A DNA stretch of 59,448 bases, counting the filler, from Sphacelaria rigidula (lineage: Eukaryota), in the NCBI GenBank assembly GCA_964200075.2. It is 6 parts of 6 records of this genome, joined end to end, with 100 filler letters (N's around TTAATTAATTAA, not from the genome) between each part and the next. Parts side by side here need not be neighbours in the genome. Positions count along the whole stretch, not along the records: positions 9,927 to 19,752 come from CAXNAA020007680.1; positions 19,853 to 29,677 come from CAXNAA020007681.1; 4 more parts are not named here. One strand, 5' to 3'. A program made the translations under genes and the position numbers. The notes beneath the pieces were generated by a model. That model had not been told where the DNA came from. It ran no database searches and worked only from the letters and a program-made list of their open reading frames with translations. This document shows positions 12,124-24,952 of the stretch, one piece after another; position 1 is the first letter of the stretch, and the number at the start of each line of letters is the position of its first letter.

Positions 12124-15100
12124 CTACTTTCGCCGTTGAACCACCTCAAAGTCAATAACTGTTGTGCGGTTCCCCCGGAACACACCCAGAACAGCCGAAC
12201 CCTTACCAAAATCGCAGGCCAATAGTTGAGCGAGACTCACCTTGGGCCTCCGTCGGCTGGCGCCTTCGTCATCGGAATCACTTCTGCTGTCACCGTCAGT
12301 CTCCGGCCCTCTATCATCTCCCCGCCTACCTCTCCCAGGTTTACCGTATCCCCCCGTCCGTCCTTGCCTCCCTCTCCCTCTCCCTTTCCCGACATCTTCG
12401 TTACCTCCACCACCGAAAGTGGTATCGCTGATAGAAGAGGCCAATTTGGAGTCCACTGTGCGTACGGGTGAGGCCCGTTTGACTTTCGGTGACTGGGAAT
12501 GTGATGACGGCGGCCGAGAGGGACTGCGTGAGGGTGATCGATCGTAATGTCGCGCTTCAGGGCTGTCCGTCCTGTGTTTGGTTAGGAAAATGGGGGACAC
12601 AACGAGGGACTCAGGTGAGAGGCGAACGGAGGAAAGGTGCGCGAGCGTCCACGTGAAAAGAGATCCATGCACGATGTCCTCGAATCTACCAGTGGTTGAT
12701 TTGAACATGAATTTTTTCAGTCCATCTCGTTACCTTACTAGACATTTATTTTTACTCCCTTTCGGAATAGCACTGGTTACGGAGGATAGAGCGAGGTAGA
12801 AATAAGTTGATCGACTGCGCTTGTAATTTTTTTCCCTGTATCGAATCTCACCGCTCGCCCGTTGTCGTCCCCTGTACACACATGCCCTCCACAGGCGTTA
12901 GCCAAGCTTGCTGCAGAGCGAGCTCGATACCTACGGGGCAGCCCGAATTTGGAGAAGGGCGTGCGACAGTCACTCCTCGACCCGACAATATGTATTTATA
13001 GATATATGTATTTGTGCATGTGTGTGAAATCGAGTATATGTCCATGGATCTTTCGGTTTCCTGGAAAAGGCATTGACATTTCGTCTTTTTCCCAGGAAAT
13101 CGCGAAGAAGCTTACGAGAAACTCGCTGTGTGAAGAAGGAGACGGGCAGACACCTATGCTTTTCATCATTTGGGACACATATGCCCCAGCATTTTACTCG
13201 CAGGTCGAACCGGGATGTAGCTGCAGTTGGATATACGGCGATTGTTAGCTGTACATGATGCAGCACTAAACCGGTCATCCAGTCACGAACAGGTTCATTC
13301 ACCAAAACAGAAATGCACACGCAGTACTGGAGAAAGTGTAGCCGACCGGCAAGATCAGATGCACTAGCACTGTGTGGATGGTGTCAACAAAAACCATCTG
13401 TCACTGCGTCACAGAGTCAGAGGCCATCCTATGCGTAAGGGTCTCTCTGCAGATATAAGAGGGTTCTTCTCAGAACTCAAAACCCTCCAGAGCTCACAAC
13501 CGGGTCGGAACACGCATCTGTTTGGCCGTTTCTTACAGCAAACAAAAATAAACTAATCTACAAATGCTTCTTTGGTTCTTCTTCGTCGTTTTACGCCCCT
13601 AAAAGAGGGCTTGGCGGAGTTTGACACCTTGGAGTGACTTGCTCTACTCGTTCAAGCGGGTCCAGGACATCTCTGCGTTTTCCGGTGGCTGCAGTTTATA
13701 TTTTGGGCAAACTTGCATTTTCTTCCAAGAGCGGTCAAGAAGCGTCAAATATAGAGAAAAATTCTTCATGTTTTTGGACTTGACCGACCGTCTCTGGACA
13801 ATTATGCTTCTTTGGCCAGGGAAAAACTGCGGCCACCGGGAACCGCGGAGATGTCCTGAAACCGCTCAAACGAGCAGAGGCAGTCATTCTCCAAGGTGTC
13901 GAACTCCGCCTAGCTGTCTTTTAGGGCGTAAAGTGACAAAGGAGGACCAAAAAAGCATTTTTATAAGATTCTTTTTCTTGTTTGCTATGAGGAGCGGCCT
14001 TACCGCTGTTGGTCCTTCTCCTGGGTGCCATCAGCCAGTTTTGCTCAAATCTCGAAAACAGACGTCGAGAAGCTCTCACAAGTAAACGTTTTGAGACCCT
14101 TATTCCGCGCGATATTTTAAGCGTTTTGAGCTTTGAGCTAGAAATCTCCCATTTCGTCTCCTGCTCCATCCCGGTGAGGTGAACCCTTCATCGATAGAGA
14201 TCTTCATGCACATGTTGGGCGCGAATGTTGTTATTCGAAGAAAAGGAATCGTAGTTTTTGATGACAACTTGTTGTTGAAGGCGCCGCACGAAATGATATG
14301 CCTTATGTACCAGGAAGATTAAGAGTGTATGTGTCTTGTCGTCCCATCTATTCTGGACGCCGGACTACCCCCTTTCGGTATATGTGAGCGCATCAGCCGG
14401 GGTCACGCAGGAGGAAGGTCAATAACACCGGAGCTTTTTTTTATTTTGTATTTGTTTCAGTACTCCACCTTCCTTCTGCGGTGCTTGCCTTCTATTATTT
14501 ATCGCGAGAGAGGTTCAGCAACCCCTTTCCCTCGTCGACCGTGAAGTCGAATTTTGTGTGCCCAAGACATTGTCACTCTCCACTGCTGGGCATGAGAAAA
14601 AATCCCACATCGCTCCGAGATTCGAACCCACGACCCAACCGTCAAAAGATCTCGAGGTTACCAATTGAGCCATCGGGGCGACCGAGTTGTACCTGGAATA
14701 TTTTTTCTACATTTACCGTTAAGATATTACTTCTCGTCCTGTAGGTCATGTCAAGTATGAATTCCTTATCTAGACTCGGTCCCCCGTCATCTGCCCCCCC
14801 GCGCAGCCAGGCCTCCTTTTATCAATCACCACCCCGCTATCGATGGATTACCTTTCATTCGTTGGCGATGGCCTATCCACGACTCTCGACCTTGGACCGC
14901 TGCTTCAGACGCGTCCTCGCGTAGTTTTCCGCCCGCCCCGCCAGGACCCGGCGGCGGTATCCCGCCCTCGGAGGCGGGCTTATTGTCTCTGCTCGCCGAA
15001 CGCCCCTCTCTGAGCATTGTCTCCTGCTTCAAAGAAGTGAACAGTTAAAGCTATGCATTCAGAACGTTGTGTATGTGACAGGGTTACTAGCACGTCGCCG

Positions 15101-15878
15101 ATATAATGCAAAATTAGTTCGCCGGACTACATGAGAGTATGACGGTGATCTTCTGCGGTTGTATGTAGCAGCAACAGCGGGGTGTCCGCAGCAGAGCTCA
15201 GAAAACAGCACGAATGACTCGGATAACATTTTGCGCTGGATTTTTATTTTTTTGCTTGGGACTTTCAGTGCTCCACTCGTGTTACCGCGGGATCACTCGT
15301 CCGAGGAACGATGCCTCTATGACGACGGTTTACGGACAACACGTTGCCGCCAGCGTCCTACGCTGGTACATGTATTCTTGCGATCCAGCAGTTTTTAGTA
15401 CGACTGTAACGTATGAAAGCCGGAGATGATCAAGCGCTTTGCTAGGAGTGCTTGTACCCCCGATCATTATTTCCCAAAATACACATAGCATGTGCTTAGG
15501 ATAACAACGCAAACATGCCTTGACACTAGGTGGCATCTCCACAACATGGAGCCTATGCCCGTGGCCCTTGTCACTCCGTCCGTGCATCGCCGCCGTTACC
15601 ACCGCCGCCTCTGCTGCAGCTCTTGCCTTGCTAGCCTTCGCGCTGGCTACGGAAGAATACATTAATGCCGCTATCGAGGCTGCGTCCGGCGCGTTAGCAC
15701 TAACAATCGGAGGAGAGGGAACAGTCGGGAGTCCTCCGCGCGGCACCCGATACGTATGCTTGCTTTTCACCGGGTCTAAAAAGGGGCACCTGTGAGTGAC
15801 GGGTAAAGGAGGGACAGGAGCAAACGAAAATGCCATTGCGACTTGTAAAATCAAGGGCTGTGACGGTTTAAGAGACAA
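12124..15878 (-). pseudogene. Possible decayed coding sequence of unknown family, interrupted by a SINE
   Basis: Several minus-strand ORF fragments (15330..15878, 14826..15032, 13921..14169, 12124..12708). The reading frame appears to continue across the SINE (EKIFQV|HKAYHFVRRLQQQ). No recognisable domain. Confidence 0.25.
14325..14683 (-). mobile_element. tRNA-derived SINE
   Basis: The minus-strand head GGTCGCCCCGATGGCTCAATTGGTAACC...GGTTCGAATCTC carries Pol III A and B boxes. The body is shared with 48495-48590 (TATATGTGAGC.CATCAGCCGGGGTCAC.CAG.AGGAAGG). Diverged flanking duplication TGTACC(A/T)GGAA(G/T)AT. Confidence 0.8.
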
Positions 15879-16349
15879 CCAACTAGACTACTGACCAGTC
15901 AGCGCTGACTGGTCAGTGGTCTCGTTGGTTGTCTCTTAAACCGCCACAAAAGTTAGTCGTGGGGGTTTGACTCCCGTCGCTTTCACTCCGAGGAGGGCGG
16001 CTCCCCTTGCCAGCGCTCGATCGATTGCAATCACGATCTCTAATATTGTCACTCTCACCGTATCCTAGAGTTACTCGTCTCCCCCACTCATCCCAAGAGT
16101 GTGTGTTGGTCACTGGGGTCCTTAGCAGTACACTCCAAACATAGCCACCAGGCTATACCCCGCCCTTTTTCTTTTGGGCCAATTTTTTACAGAGGTTTTC
16201 TCTCCTCTTTTTTCTCCAAAGAAAGTGCGTCCAACGGGAGTCGAACCAGCGACTAACTTTTGTGACGGTTTAAGAGACAATCAACTAGACTACTGACCAG
16301 TCAGCGCTGACTGGTCAGTAGTCTAGTTGGTTGTCTCTTGAACCGTCAC
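15859..16349. mobile_element. Unit bounded by two ~88-bp palindromes built from head-to-head tRNA(Asp)-like SINE 5' ends
   Basis: Palindromes 15859-15948 and 16262-16349 are both centred on AGCGCT. The inward-facing copies continue to a B box (GGTTCGACTCC / GGTTTGACTCC). The A box is TAGTCTAGTTGG, and CCGTCAC sits at an anticodon-like position. Confidence 0.65.
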
Positions 16350-19300
16350 TGGGCCGATCTGTCCATCGTTAGAGCGAATTTTGAGAAGTGTGAAGCTGCC
16401 CCAAAGATGGCGCCACCGCTCTCAGGCATCTTGAATAATATAGTATTAGCGTGTGTGCTGTGAATACTCACAAATTTCCGAGTGCCTGAACCCGAAAAAC
16501 ATACGGTTGTGAAAATACCCACATATTGCCCAATGTATCAACACAAAATACAAAGTCAGCCTGCTTCAACGTTTCGATATCGTCACTTACTTCACGCACC
16601 AAACGAAACGCGCTCTGATTTGTTTGCGCTGATCGACCGCTCTCACGGTCAAACGGGCGCAGAAGTTACCAACACCTTGTGGCTATGTCGCCCCACCGAA
16701 GGATTGATTCTATACCTGATGTAGTGCGAGGTAATAGTCCTCTTCTCTCGTCTCCTCCTACACTTTCCCCCCCCGCCACCCCCGCCGTTACCAGCACCAT
16801 CCCCGCCTGCAAGATTTCCGCTCCGCCAAAAACCGCTGTCAGCTCCCAAACCGGGCGGCGAAGGTGGCTCCAAGGTGCCATCGTCAAGGTTAATCAGTAT
16901 CTCCGAGTCTTGCGAGATGACAGTTTCGCCCGAAATAGGAGGACGGTTGGAGTCCAGTATATCGCTGCCCTTGTCATATCCTTGCTCGGTATCGAAGACA
17001 CGAATTGTGGCGGCGGGTGTGGCGGAGTTGGGTTCTGCGTTCCTGGATTCACCAGGTATACTTCCGTCTTGCCCTATCGCCGACGACGGAGATGCGAGTT
17101 GTCGTTCGCTGTCCGTTCCACCTGTGGATGCCGTCGCAGTGTTCGAGCAAGACGGCAACGGAACGTTTGCGCCATCTTGGCGGGACAAAAGGACGCGTCC
17201 CGCATCTGCCCCCACTCCCGTGGCCACAACTAGTGCTGCGCGGGTGGACGCCGCAATGCTCAAGGGTGTACCACAAACACGAGGTGGCTGCGATACGGTC
17301 AAAGCTCCGGGGCCCCAACCCGGCTGGGGCCAAGCAGTAACGCCACCGCTACCTGAGGTGTTCAAGGAAAGGGGGTGGCGACAAGGGGTGGGACAATTCG
17401 TGAGCATTCCCGGGTAGCTTTTTTCAGATATAGACACGGGGAGTGACGGGGGGGGGAGGAGGGCAAGGTATGCGAGTTCTTCAACGCGATCGACGAGGTG
17501 AGTCATTAGCATTGCGTGAGCATGGTCTGAGACGTGCTGAACCAGGATTGATGCCCTGTCTATCATTTCACGGGGTACCTTGCGCAGCCCTTCCGGTAGC
17601 GTTGAATTTCAACACAATTCAGCCGGGCAGCAGGGTGAACACGAAAGCACTCTCATCATCCAAGGAGGTAAACCCTACATCCTTCCCTTCGCCCGTCCTC
17701 GCTTCTTAATTACTCGCCTAGCGAAGATGTTTCACTCTTTCCGAACCACGAGGAGGGGCGATTGTTCGTGGCATCGCTTCTCCGAACGCTCCTCGGGTCG
17801 CTTGTCAGTCCCACCCTCGTTCCTCCACTAGACGTTGAATGTGACAAAGATGCCCCTCCTGGGTAAAAGTGGGCGCGTGAGCGTCGAGGTGCCGGGGGAA
17901 CGGCAGAGTGTGGTACAGCGGTGCCGTCATCTTCCAGACTTTAATGGTCGAACAGTCGTACCGAAACAAGTCGCGCCCCCCCTCTGTGAGTAATTGTTGG
18001 GAATAAGATTTTCGTCCAGAACACCCCCTTTTCAGAGTCGCCGCACACGTCTCAACATTTCGTCCCATGTATGACTACGAGTATCATTTCACCAAACCAT
18101 TGTGGCAGCAGAAGAAACGGACAAACTCTAGGTGTGTTCATCTGTACAACCTTTTCTTTCATCACACTTGCAGCTGACCTCTTTCCCCAGGGCAAGCGTC
18201 GTCGTCTCAAGGAAATCAAGCCATCTCTCGTTCGGTAAACTCCTAGATCTTTGGTCTCGTGCATTGGATCAGCACTACTCTCGCACCGCATGGCGTGTCG
18301 TCCAACGAACTCAGTCAAATCTTCTTGCGACGCATGTTCCCGCATTTCCAACGACGGCAATCAGATCTGAGAAACAATTTAAACACACACATCCGATGGG
18401 AATCCGAGGCTCCCTTCTTCCTGACGTAATGGTATCAGTTGTGACATTAGACCGCCGAGACGCGACGGCAAAATAATGCGGGATATTCAGACCCCCTAAA
18501 ATATGCGTTATGCTCATTTTCCCTAGGAGTAGCATGTCTGTCAGTTCAGACATTATACATTCCATCTCCCTTGTTTCGGCTGTGTAGATTCAAGACGAGG
18601 ACAGAAAACCTCTACTAAAGTAGTGTTACAGTAGGACGTGTGCAAGCCTGTGCATGAGCTACAGCAGTCATGTACAGTAGATGGACAACTGGTTAGGTGA
18701 ACAGATCTTTAACTACCCCCGCCTCCTCCTATAGGGTGCCGTGCGGTGTCAGCCGGCTCACGGGTGATATTTCGTCACCAAACCGGCTAGTTTTGTTTGA
18801 CTCGCAGTCAATTTGCACCAATATCCATGGGGTTGTCCAGTGGACCAGCTTATACTGCTCAAACTGGAACTGGCGAAGAGGGCATCAATTATCCACTTTG
18901 ATTGAGTTTCACGTTACCGGTAATAGCTTATCCATAATATAGTGATAGAGTAACCAAGATGATTGTACCATGATCTATAATTTTATCGTTCAATCGAGCT
19001 CTGCGCTCTACATTATTAGTATAAGTAGTACAAAGCCCTCAACTACACACACCATGATGGGCATACTTTTCCGTCTTTCGACCACAGAGTGTAGATCGAT
19101 GGCTGGTCAGTCGATTGAGGAAGAATAAAAGGCCAAGTAATAGTTTGACTTATATGCCTTGGGACACTTAATGCGGAACTGCCATACGCCAAATCTCTAT
19201 TGCCATTTGCCAATTGTATGATGAAAAGGGTTCTGAGCATGGTGCAGCACATGCTCTTCACACCTCAAGGCGACAGAAGGATAGGTGCCAAGATTTGTCA

Positions 19301-19686
19301 TGTCGTTTCGCGATATTTGAAAATGAAAAAAAACACACACAGTAACCCGAAACCACAAAAACAGAATCTACGCCATAGCTTTATATGAGTATTCAACTTC
19401 ATGCGTGTCTTGTGGTCCGGGCGTGAAGAAGTTTGCGCTCTTATCCCCACGTACTGGCACACTTATTGGTTTACTTGTTCCCATCCTTCACTCCTCATGG
19501 ACAATCTCTGCTGCTGAATATTATAGATGGCATTTCAAATGTGATCCAGCTCTCTCTTAGCTCCTTCATTTAATTTAAGAGCTCACATTCTTGACAACTA
19601 TCCACTAGTTTTGGAGGGAAACAAGCCAAATACCGCATTTTTTCTCGCCTCCAGAGGCGCTCCCGCGGAGCCCTCCTCACAAGCCA

Positions 19687-19752
19687 GGGGGGGGGGCGTA
19701 CTCATTTGTTGCTTGCCTTAGTCGTTTGACCATTGACCACGCATCCCTTTCG
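19687..19752 (-). repeat. Copy of the short poly-C-associated dispersed repeat (...GCAAGCAACAAATGAGTAC-Cn)
   Basis: Matches 36164-36233, 39499-39554, 49371-49432 and 29604-29635. Confidence 0.85.
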
Positions 19753-19852
19753 NNNNNNNNNNNNNNNNNNNNNNNNNNNNNNNNNNNNNNNNNNNNTTAA
19801 TTAATTAANNNNNNNNNNNNNNNNNNNNNNNNNNNNNNNNNNNNNNNNNNNN
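19753..19852. other. Artificial concatenation spacer
   Basis: N44-TTAATTAATTAA-N44. Confidence 0.97.
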
Positions 19853-20750
19853 ACAGATACCTTCGTACCGTGGTTTGTCAGTACTGTAGACTACACTGAA
19901 AAGGCTGTTCACACCAACAACCTCCTGGAAAATGGGGTCCCGTCGAACCCGCCTCCTGTCGACCACAACGGCTACATCCCGAGTGACGTCCAAGATAGCT
20001 TGGTAAACCTGTTGAGGCCGGTACGTTGGTTTCTATACAAGATAGCTTTCACCGTTCAAAGAAGATATCCTCAAACACTCTACTTGGCTGACGAGCGATT
20101 TTGTTTCAGACAACCTACTGAACAGTTGTGTATCCGGCACGTTTTGCGGGGCACGATCCAGCAGCAATTTTGACGGTTCACCCAAGGCGTGTGTACCGTA
20201 TCAGTGCCTGCGGGTGGACTGTCCGCCCTCGGTTCTGATGATGGTGGTTACTACTTTACCCGTGGTCGATCACACTTCACCTGTCAAGTCATCTGTTCGA
20301 ACCGAGGTACAGCTTGTGTGTCTCGAAAATGTTTTGACCGACGACTTGCTGCCCGCCAACAGAAGGTATGAAGGGCGCAATGTTCCACGCCGATTGTTTC
20401 GAAGCGTGAAAATATGCCCGTACTCGTTGATGCGCCCCGCGTTGCAGGAGTTGGCCAACGTAATTTTTGGATTCGGAACTGCTCTAGCAAACTCGGTTAC
20501 CGCCGGTTGTTCAAGTACCATGTCTCTCCAAGAGGTCGGGGCTATGTTCGATATGGCCTGGTACCAGGTTTCAGAGGAGACTGCTCTCCAATGGGCACAG
20601 GATACTGGTAATGACGAACTGCGAAGGGGCGATGGCGGCATGGAGGAGGAGGATACTGGGGCGACGGACACGGTAAACGAAGACCTGCAGAGCTCGAGGA
20701 GATGCCGGCGTGTTGTGGTCGGGTTACGGGAGGACTCCAAGGTTGTGTAG
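19853..20750 (+). CDS. Possible 3' end of a hypothetical protein gene or pseudogene
   Basis: An open frame runs from the scaffold start (DTFVPWFVSTVDY...LLRP) to a GTACG donor-like site. A second long open frame (ORF 20214..20750) follows a TTTCAG acceptor-like site. Splice phase is not confirmed and no domain is recognised. Confidence 0.25.
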
Positions 20751-20900
20751 TGAGATTATTCCCAAACCTTTTTTGAATTGCCATAACATAAACCCCAACA
20801 GGTTCCGTCGTTAAGCGGGATCGAAAGCCAGCCGGTTCGATTTGAGGAGTTTACAGGGATCCACAGCGGTAACATCGCTCGGTGCGGCGGGGGCGAAGGT

Positions 20901-21022
20901 GACGGCGTGGACGCGCAGGACACTGGGGCAGATGACGGGGTGAGCAGAGATTTGCTCCCATAGCCCTGAAGATCTCTGCTCACCTCGTGATCTGCCCCAG
21001 TGTCCTGCACGTCCACGCCGTC
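20901..21022. repeat. Short hairpin (53-bp arms, 16-nt loop), miRNA-precursor-like
   Basis: 20901-20953 pairs with 20970-21022 with no indels and about 4 non-Watson-Crick positions. Confidence 0.85.
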
Positions 21023-23375
21023 TGAAGAACACTCAGAGTGACAAGTTAGTCGACCTGAAAGTATTTGCGATCCAGTTTTTACTCCGTTGTGATCCAGGTA
21101 TCACCATTGATGGCGAAGTATACTACTCTGATTCACAAACGGATGAAACTGCGACCGTCGAAGGAAAAACCAACTCCGACCCCTCCATCTTTCCTCTCGT
21201 GATAAACTATTAGAGTGCACGTGCTGTGTTGACTGCAGCACAGTACAACCTGCGACGCATTTCGGGGGGGAGAACAGCATCGAGGTTCACACCCACCAAG
21301 CGAAGGTTGAACGCAAAAGGGGCTTTGAGTTGGGTGATGGCTATTAGAGTTACAGGGATGGTGAACCACCCCCAAATCTGCACGTCCTACGCCGATGTTT
21401 CCGTGCACCGTCCGAGTATAGTGTAGAAATTGCGCGCAAGGTGTTTCTGAGTGATGTCATTTGTTTCGTAATTTGAGGTTGACGGAGATACGTCTCTCAC
21501 TCCCTCCCTCCGTACCACGGGCGGATCCGTGATTTATTTTGTCCTCCGTGCGCTTTATTATCCTACGCACGCGACAGGGGGCAGGGCTAATCTCCATCCC
21601 CTTAGATCGGCCGCCACGAGGTGACGCGGGCGCCCGAGCTGCTACCCCGGCTGAGGCTACTTTGCGAGCTGAGCTGGGGCGCGAGCTGAGCATCGCGGAC
21701 CGTCGGAGATTACAGCGTCGGCAACACCGGGAAGCCAAGGCTTCTTCACGCCTGGCCCCACACGGGCATCAAGAGGGTGGAGCACGGATGGAGACTAGCG
21801 AGTCCTCGGAGGTACTGTGATTTCCTCCTTTGCTTTTTCATGGGGATTCTCCTTCCCTAGGCTTGACTGTCATCGCTTACGGGTAGTAGGGCATCTCCAC
21901 TCGTTTTTGCTCACTCTATATTCTCCTTGCTTATCAGCTGTCACCCCCGAATCGCCCTTTCGGAAAAAGCGCCGTACTAGAATGGTATGGCACAGTACTG
22001 AAGGTACGTTATGTCCCTACCATTTGTACGACCCGCGTAGCGTATTCGGGTGCGTTCCCGGTTTGCGCTGGGGGAGGTGGGATTTGAGCTCACAATTTGG
22101 TGGCACTGAGGTGGACAGTTCTACCAACGATGCCGTTACGGAAATGGCGTTTTTCAGCCATCTGCAGGTGCTTGTGGCGGGGGAGAACTGTGCAGGCATT
22201 CTCCACATTGATGTCATGTTCTTCGAGTCATTGGTTTTGATGTTGGCCGACTGTTGGTAGAGTCGAGTTTACAGCGATCTCTCGAATATTCTGTGCTTTG
22301 TTACGGTTCCATATATTGGTGGGCCTGTCGTATTTTATTTGTTTTGCGATGTGCTTGCTGTATAGTCTGATCATCCAAAAGGAACACATGTCCCTGACAC
22401 TCAAATTACCTGTTGGTATGCATCCGACTTTCGTTTCACGGGTTGGATGAAGTCAGCAATAATTGGATACTTGCGAAGTTGCCATGTATGCGGCACAGTT
22501 GGTGTGTTTGTTGGTGACTCTTTGCGCGGATTTCCGATACCTTTTTCCTAGAGCAAACGTATTGAGGGCACACACAGTTCGCTAGCAAATTTTGCTGACC
22601 AAAGTGAATGCTCAAACATTCCGCGAGCAGCAAGTGCAGAAGGCGCAGCTAATCGAAGAAAGTTGCCAGGTGACCTGTCGTTTAGTCTGCATGCCGTGAA
22701 CCTACGATGCTTTGTTGCATTGTTTTTTTCGTTTTGTATTCGTTTGTGGCTTCTTACACGAGCTTGCTAGTGCAGATTACACGACCTTCTGCGCGCAACA
22801 AAACGGAATAACGACCGCAACAGTCACGATCGAAAGCGCCGGACTAGAAACCGTTTCAGATATGCGACAACTCCCACGGGTATCAGAGGCTGGTTCACGC
22901 TTATCCAACCAAAAACACTCATCGGAAGAAGTTCACGCTGTTTCAGGAGTTAGACCCTGAAATTTTTCACAAATGTGCTACGAGTCATAACGCAACTTTC
23001 GAAGGCCGACGGTCTGGTCTGTTCTTTATTTTTTATTTCATCGTTTTTCCGGGGTCCTCGGGTTGTTCGGGGAAACATGAGTTCCGTCGGACCCCCGAAA
23101 AGCGGAAAAGAGAATCAAAAACGGAAAACGTCGTTCATTCACTTTTGCGTATAAACCCGTAGCACATTTTTGCGATGAACCTTTTCGTTCCACGGTGAAA
23201 TCGCAAACTACTTGTTCTTAGTATAGAAATGGCGTTTTTGGGCCTTTTTAGACATGAGCCTGAAAATTCAAGCATAACTTAATCGAGGTTGGCCACGAAA
23301 CTTTGTGGGGCCTCCCCTTGGGTTACGTGGTGGCAGCTCGTTTACGGAAAACACGAGAGAAGAGAAGATCACATT

Positions 23376-24110
23376 GCCGGTTTTCCGGGTCCCAGAATGG
23401 AGACTACTTTGAAAAAACGGGTAGACATCGGCGCTTGACACGCCAACGACCTCATTTTGTCAGTTGAACAAAATTGGCAATGGAATCTTTAACGAAGCTT
23501 TATAGGGCTGTATGAGGCACATCCATGCGCTCACATCCAAAGAAAAACTTGGTAGGATCGCTTTTCTGGGTTCCGCAGTGGAGACTACTTCGAAAAGACG
23601 GGTACACGCCAGCGTTTGGCATGCCGACAACCCCCATTCCGTCGGTTGAACGAAATTGGCAATGTAATATCAAACGCGAAGCTTCACTAGACTATATGAG
23701 GCACCTTGTTGTACTCACGCTCCAAAAGTAAAGAGTCGTAGCGCCGGTTTTGGGGAGTCCCACAGTGGTGGCTACCTTGAAAAACGGGTACACACCGGCG
23801 TTTGGCATGCCGACGACCACATCATTCCGTCAGTCGAACGAAATTGGCAATAAAACCTTGCACGAAGCTTCACTGAGACATGTGAGGCGTACCGGTGCAC
23901 TCGCGTACAACGAAACGGTCGTGGAGCCGATTTTCTGGGGTACCACAATGGAGACTACCTCCATTGTACGGTTACACATTGGTGTTCGGCAATGAAATCT
24001 TCTTCATGGAGCTTTGCTGGGCTATGTCAGGCATGCCGATACACTCATGTACAAAAACATTTCAGGCCGGTTTTCTGGGGTCTTACAATGGAGACTACCT
24101 TCATAAGGAT
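23376..24110. repeat. Degenerate tandem repeat, ~183-bp period (about 3 full and 2 partial units)
   Basis: The recurring motif CGGTTTT....G..CC...A.TGGAGACTAC...GAAAAACGGGTACAC..GGCGTTTGGCATGCC...GAACGAAATTGGCAAT starts near 23376, 23558, 23743, 23926 and 24066. Confidence 0.8.
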
Positions 24111-24350
24111 GGGGGTGCAGTTCCGTGAGCAAACACGGCTCCTGATCATCCGTGGAAGCTATTGCTCAACGAACTGTGTGGGGAATTTCATTGGGCAGTA
24201 TCACGAACATTCTTCCTCCCCCCCCCCGTAAAACGGCGAATCGTCAATTTTCTGGGGTCACACGGCAGAGGTTTCTACCTTCATATCGACCAGCGTTTGG
24301 CACCAACCGCCAGAAACGAGAGACCTCTTGAATGTTGGGCATTTCGGACG

Positions 24351-24748
24351 AATTATTATTTATTCAGTAATGTATTATCATTTCCGCACATTAGTCCAAT
24401 CTCTCGAACCCGTGGTCACAGACGTAGGCTCGTCTTTTCAGTCCCGTCCCTGCTATTGCTCACAAGACATATTGTTCGCATCGTCTATTTTCATATATCA
24501 AACGAAAAAAAAAACCAATTACACAAAATGAAAATAAAATCAGAGACGCCAAAAAAGCAGATGACATATAGCTTCCCCCGAGTGCATCGGGATGGGGAAA
24601 AACCAACTCAGATCTGCTGATAAAGCGAACAGGAGAAAAAGGAGAGAAAATATAATAAAATGAAATAACAGAATAGACGGAAGACAAGAGGGGAGTAGCA
24701 TCGTCGCCAACGAGCAGGGTCAACTCAACAGCCCCAGGCACCTTATGG
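24351..24748 (-). mobile_element. 3' UTR fragment of an RTE-like LINE with an (AAT)n-like tail
   Basis: Homologous to 39702-40040, which lies directly 3' of RT-coding sequence. The minus-strand end reads ...AATGTGCGGAAATGATAATA...AATAATAA. Confidence 0.7.
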
Positions 24749-24952
24749 GCAAAAACCAAAGCTCTTCAGAATATTTCTTATGGCGCGCAATGCAACGAGA
24801 GGTGCTTCGTGTCCAGAAGACATGCACCGGGCGATATCCTGTGGGATCGTGTTCGATAACAGCTACAACAGCAACGGAACACCCCCCTTCACGCCCCCCA
24901 CATCACAATAGTACAAGTTCTAAGCTATAGCATTGGCAATCCCTGGCGCACG

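Noticed and set aside
14600-14683. Functional tRNA gene
   Set aside because: A and B boxes are present but there is no convincing cloverleaf, and it is fused to a repeated SINE body.
16225-16310. tRNA-Asp gene
   Set aside because: Acceptor and anticodon stems do not pair convincingly; treated as a tRNA-derived repeat.
23376-24110. CRISPR-like array
   Set aside because: Whole ~183-bp units are homologous with no unique spacers, there are no cas genes, and the context is eukaryotic.
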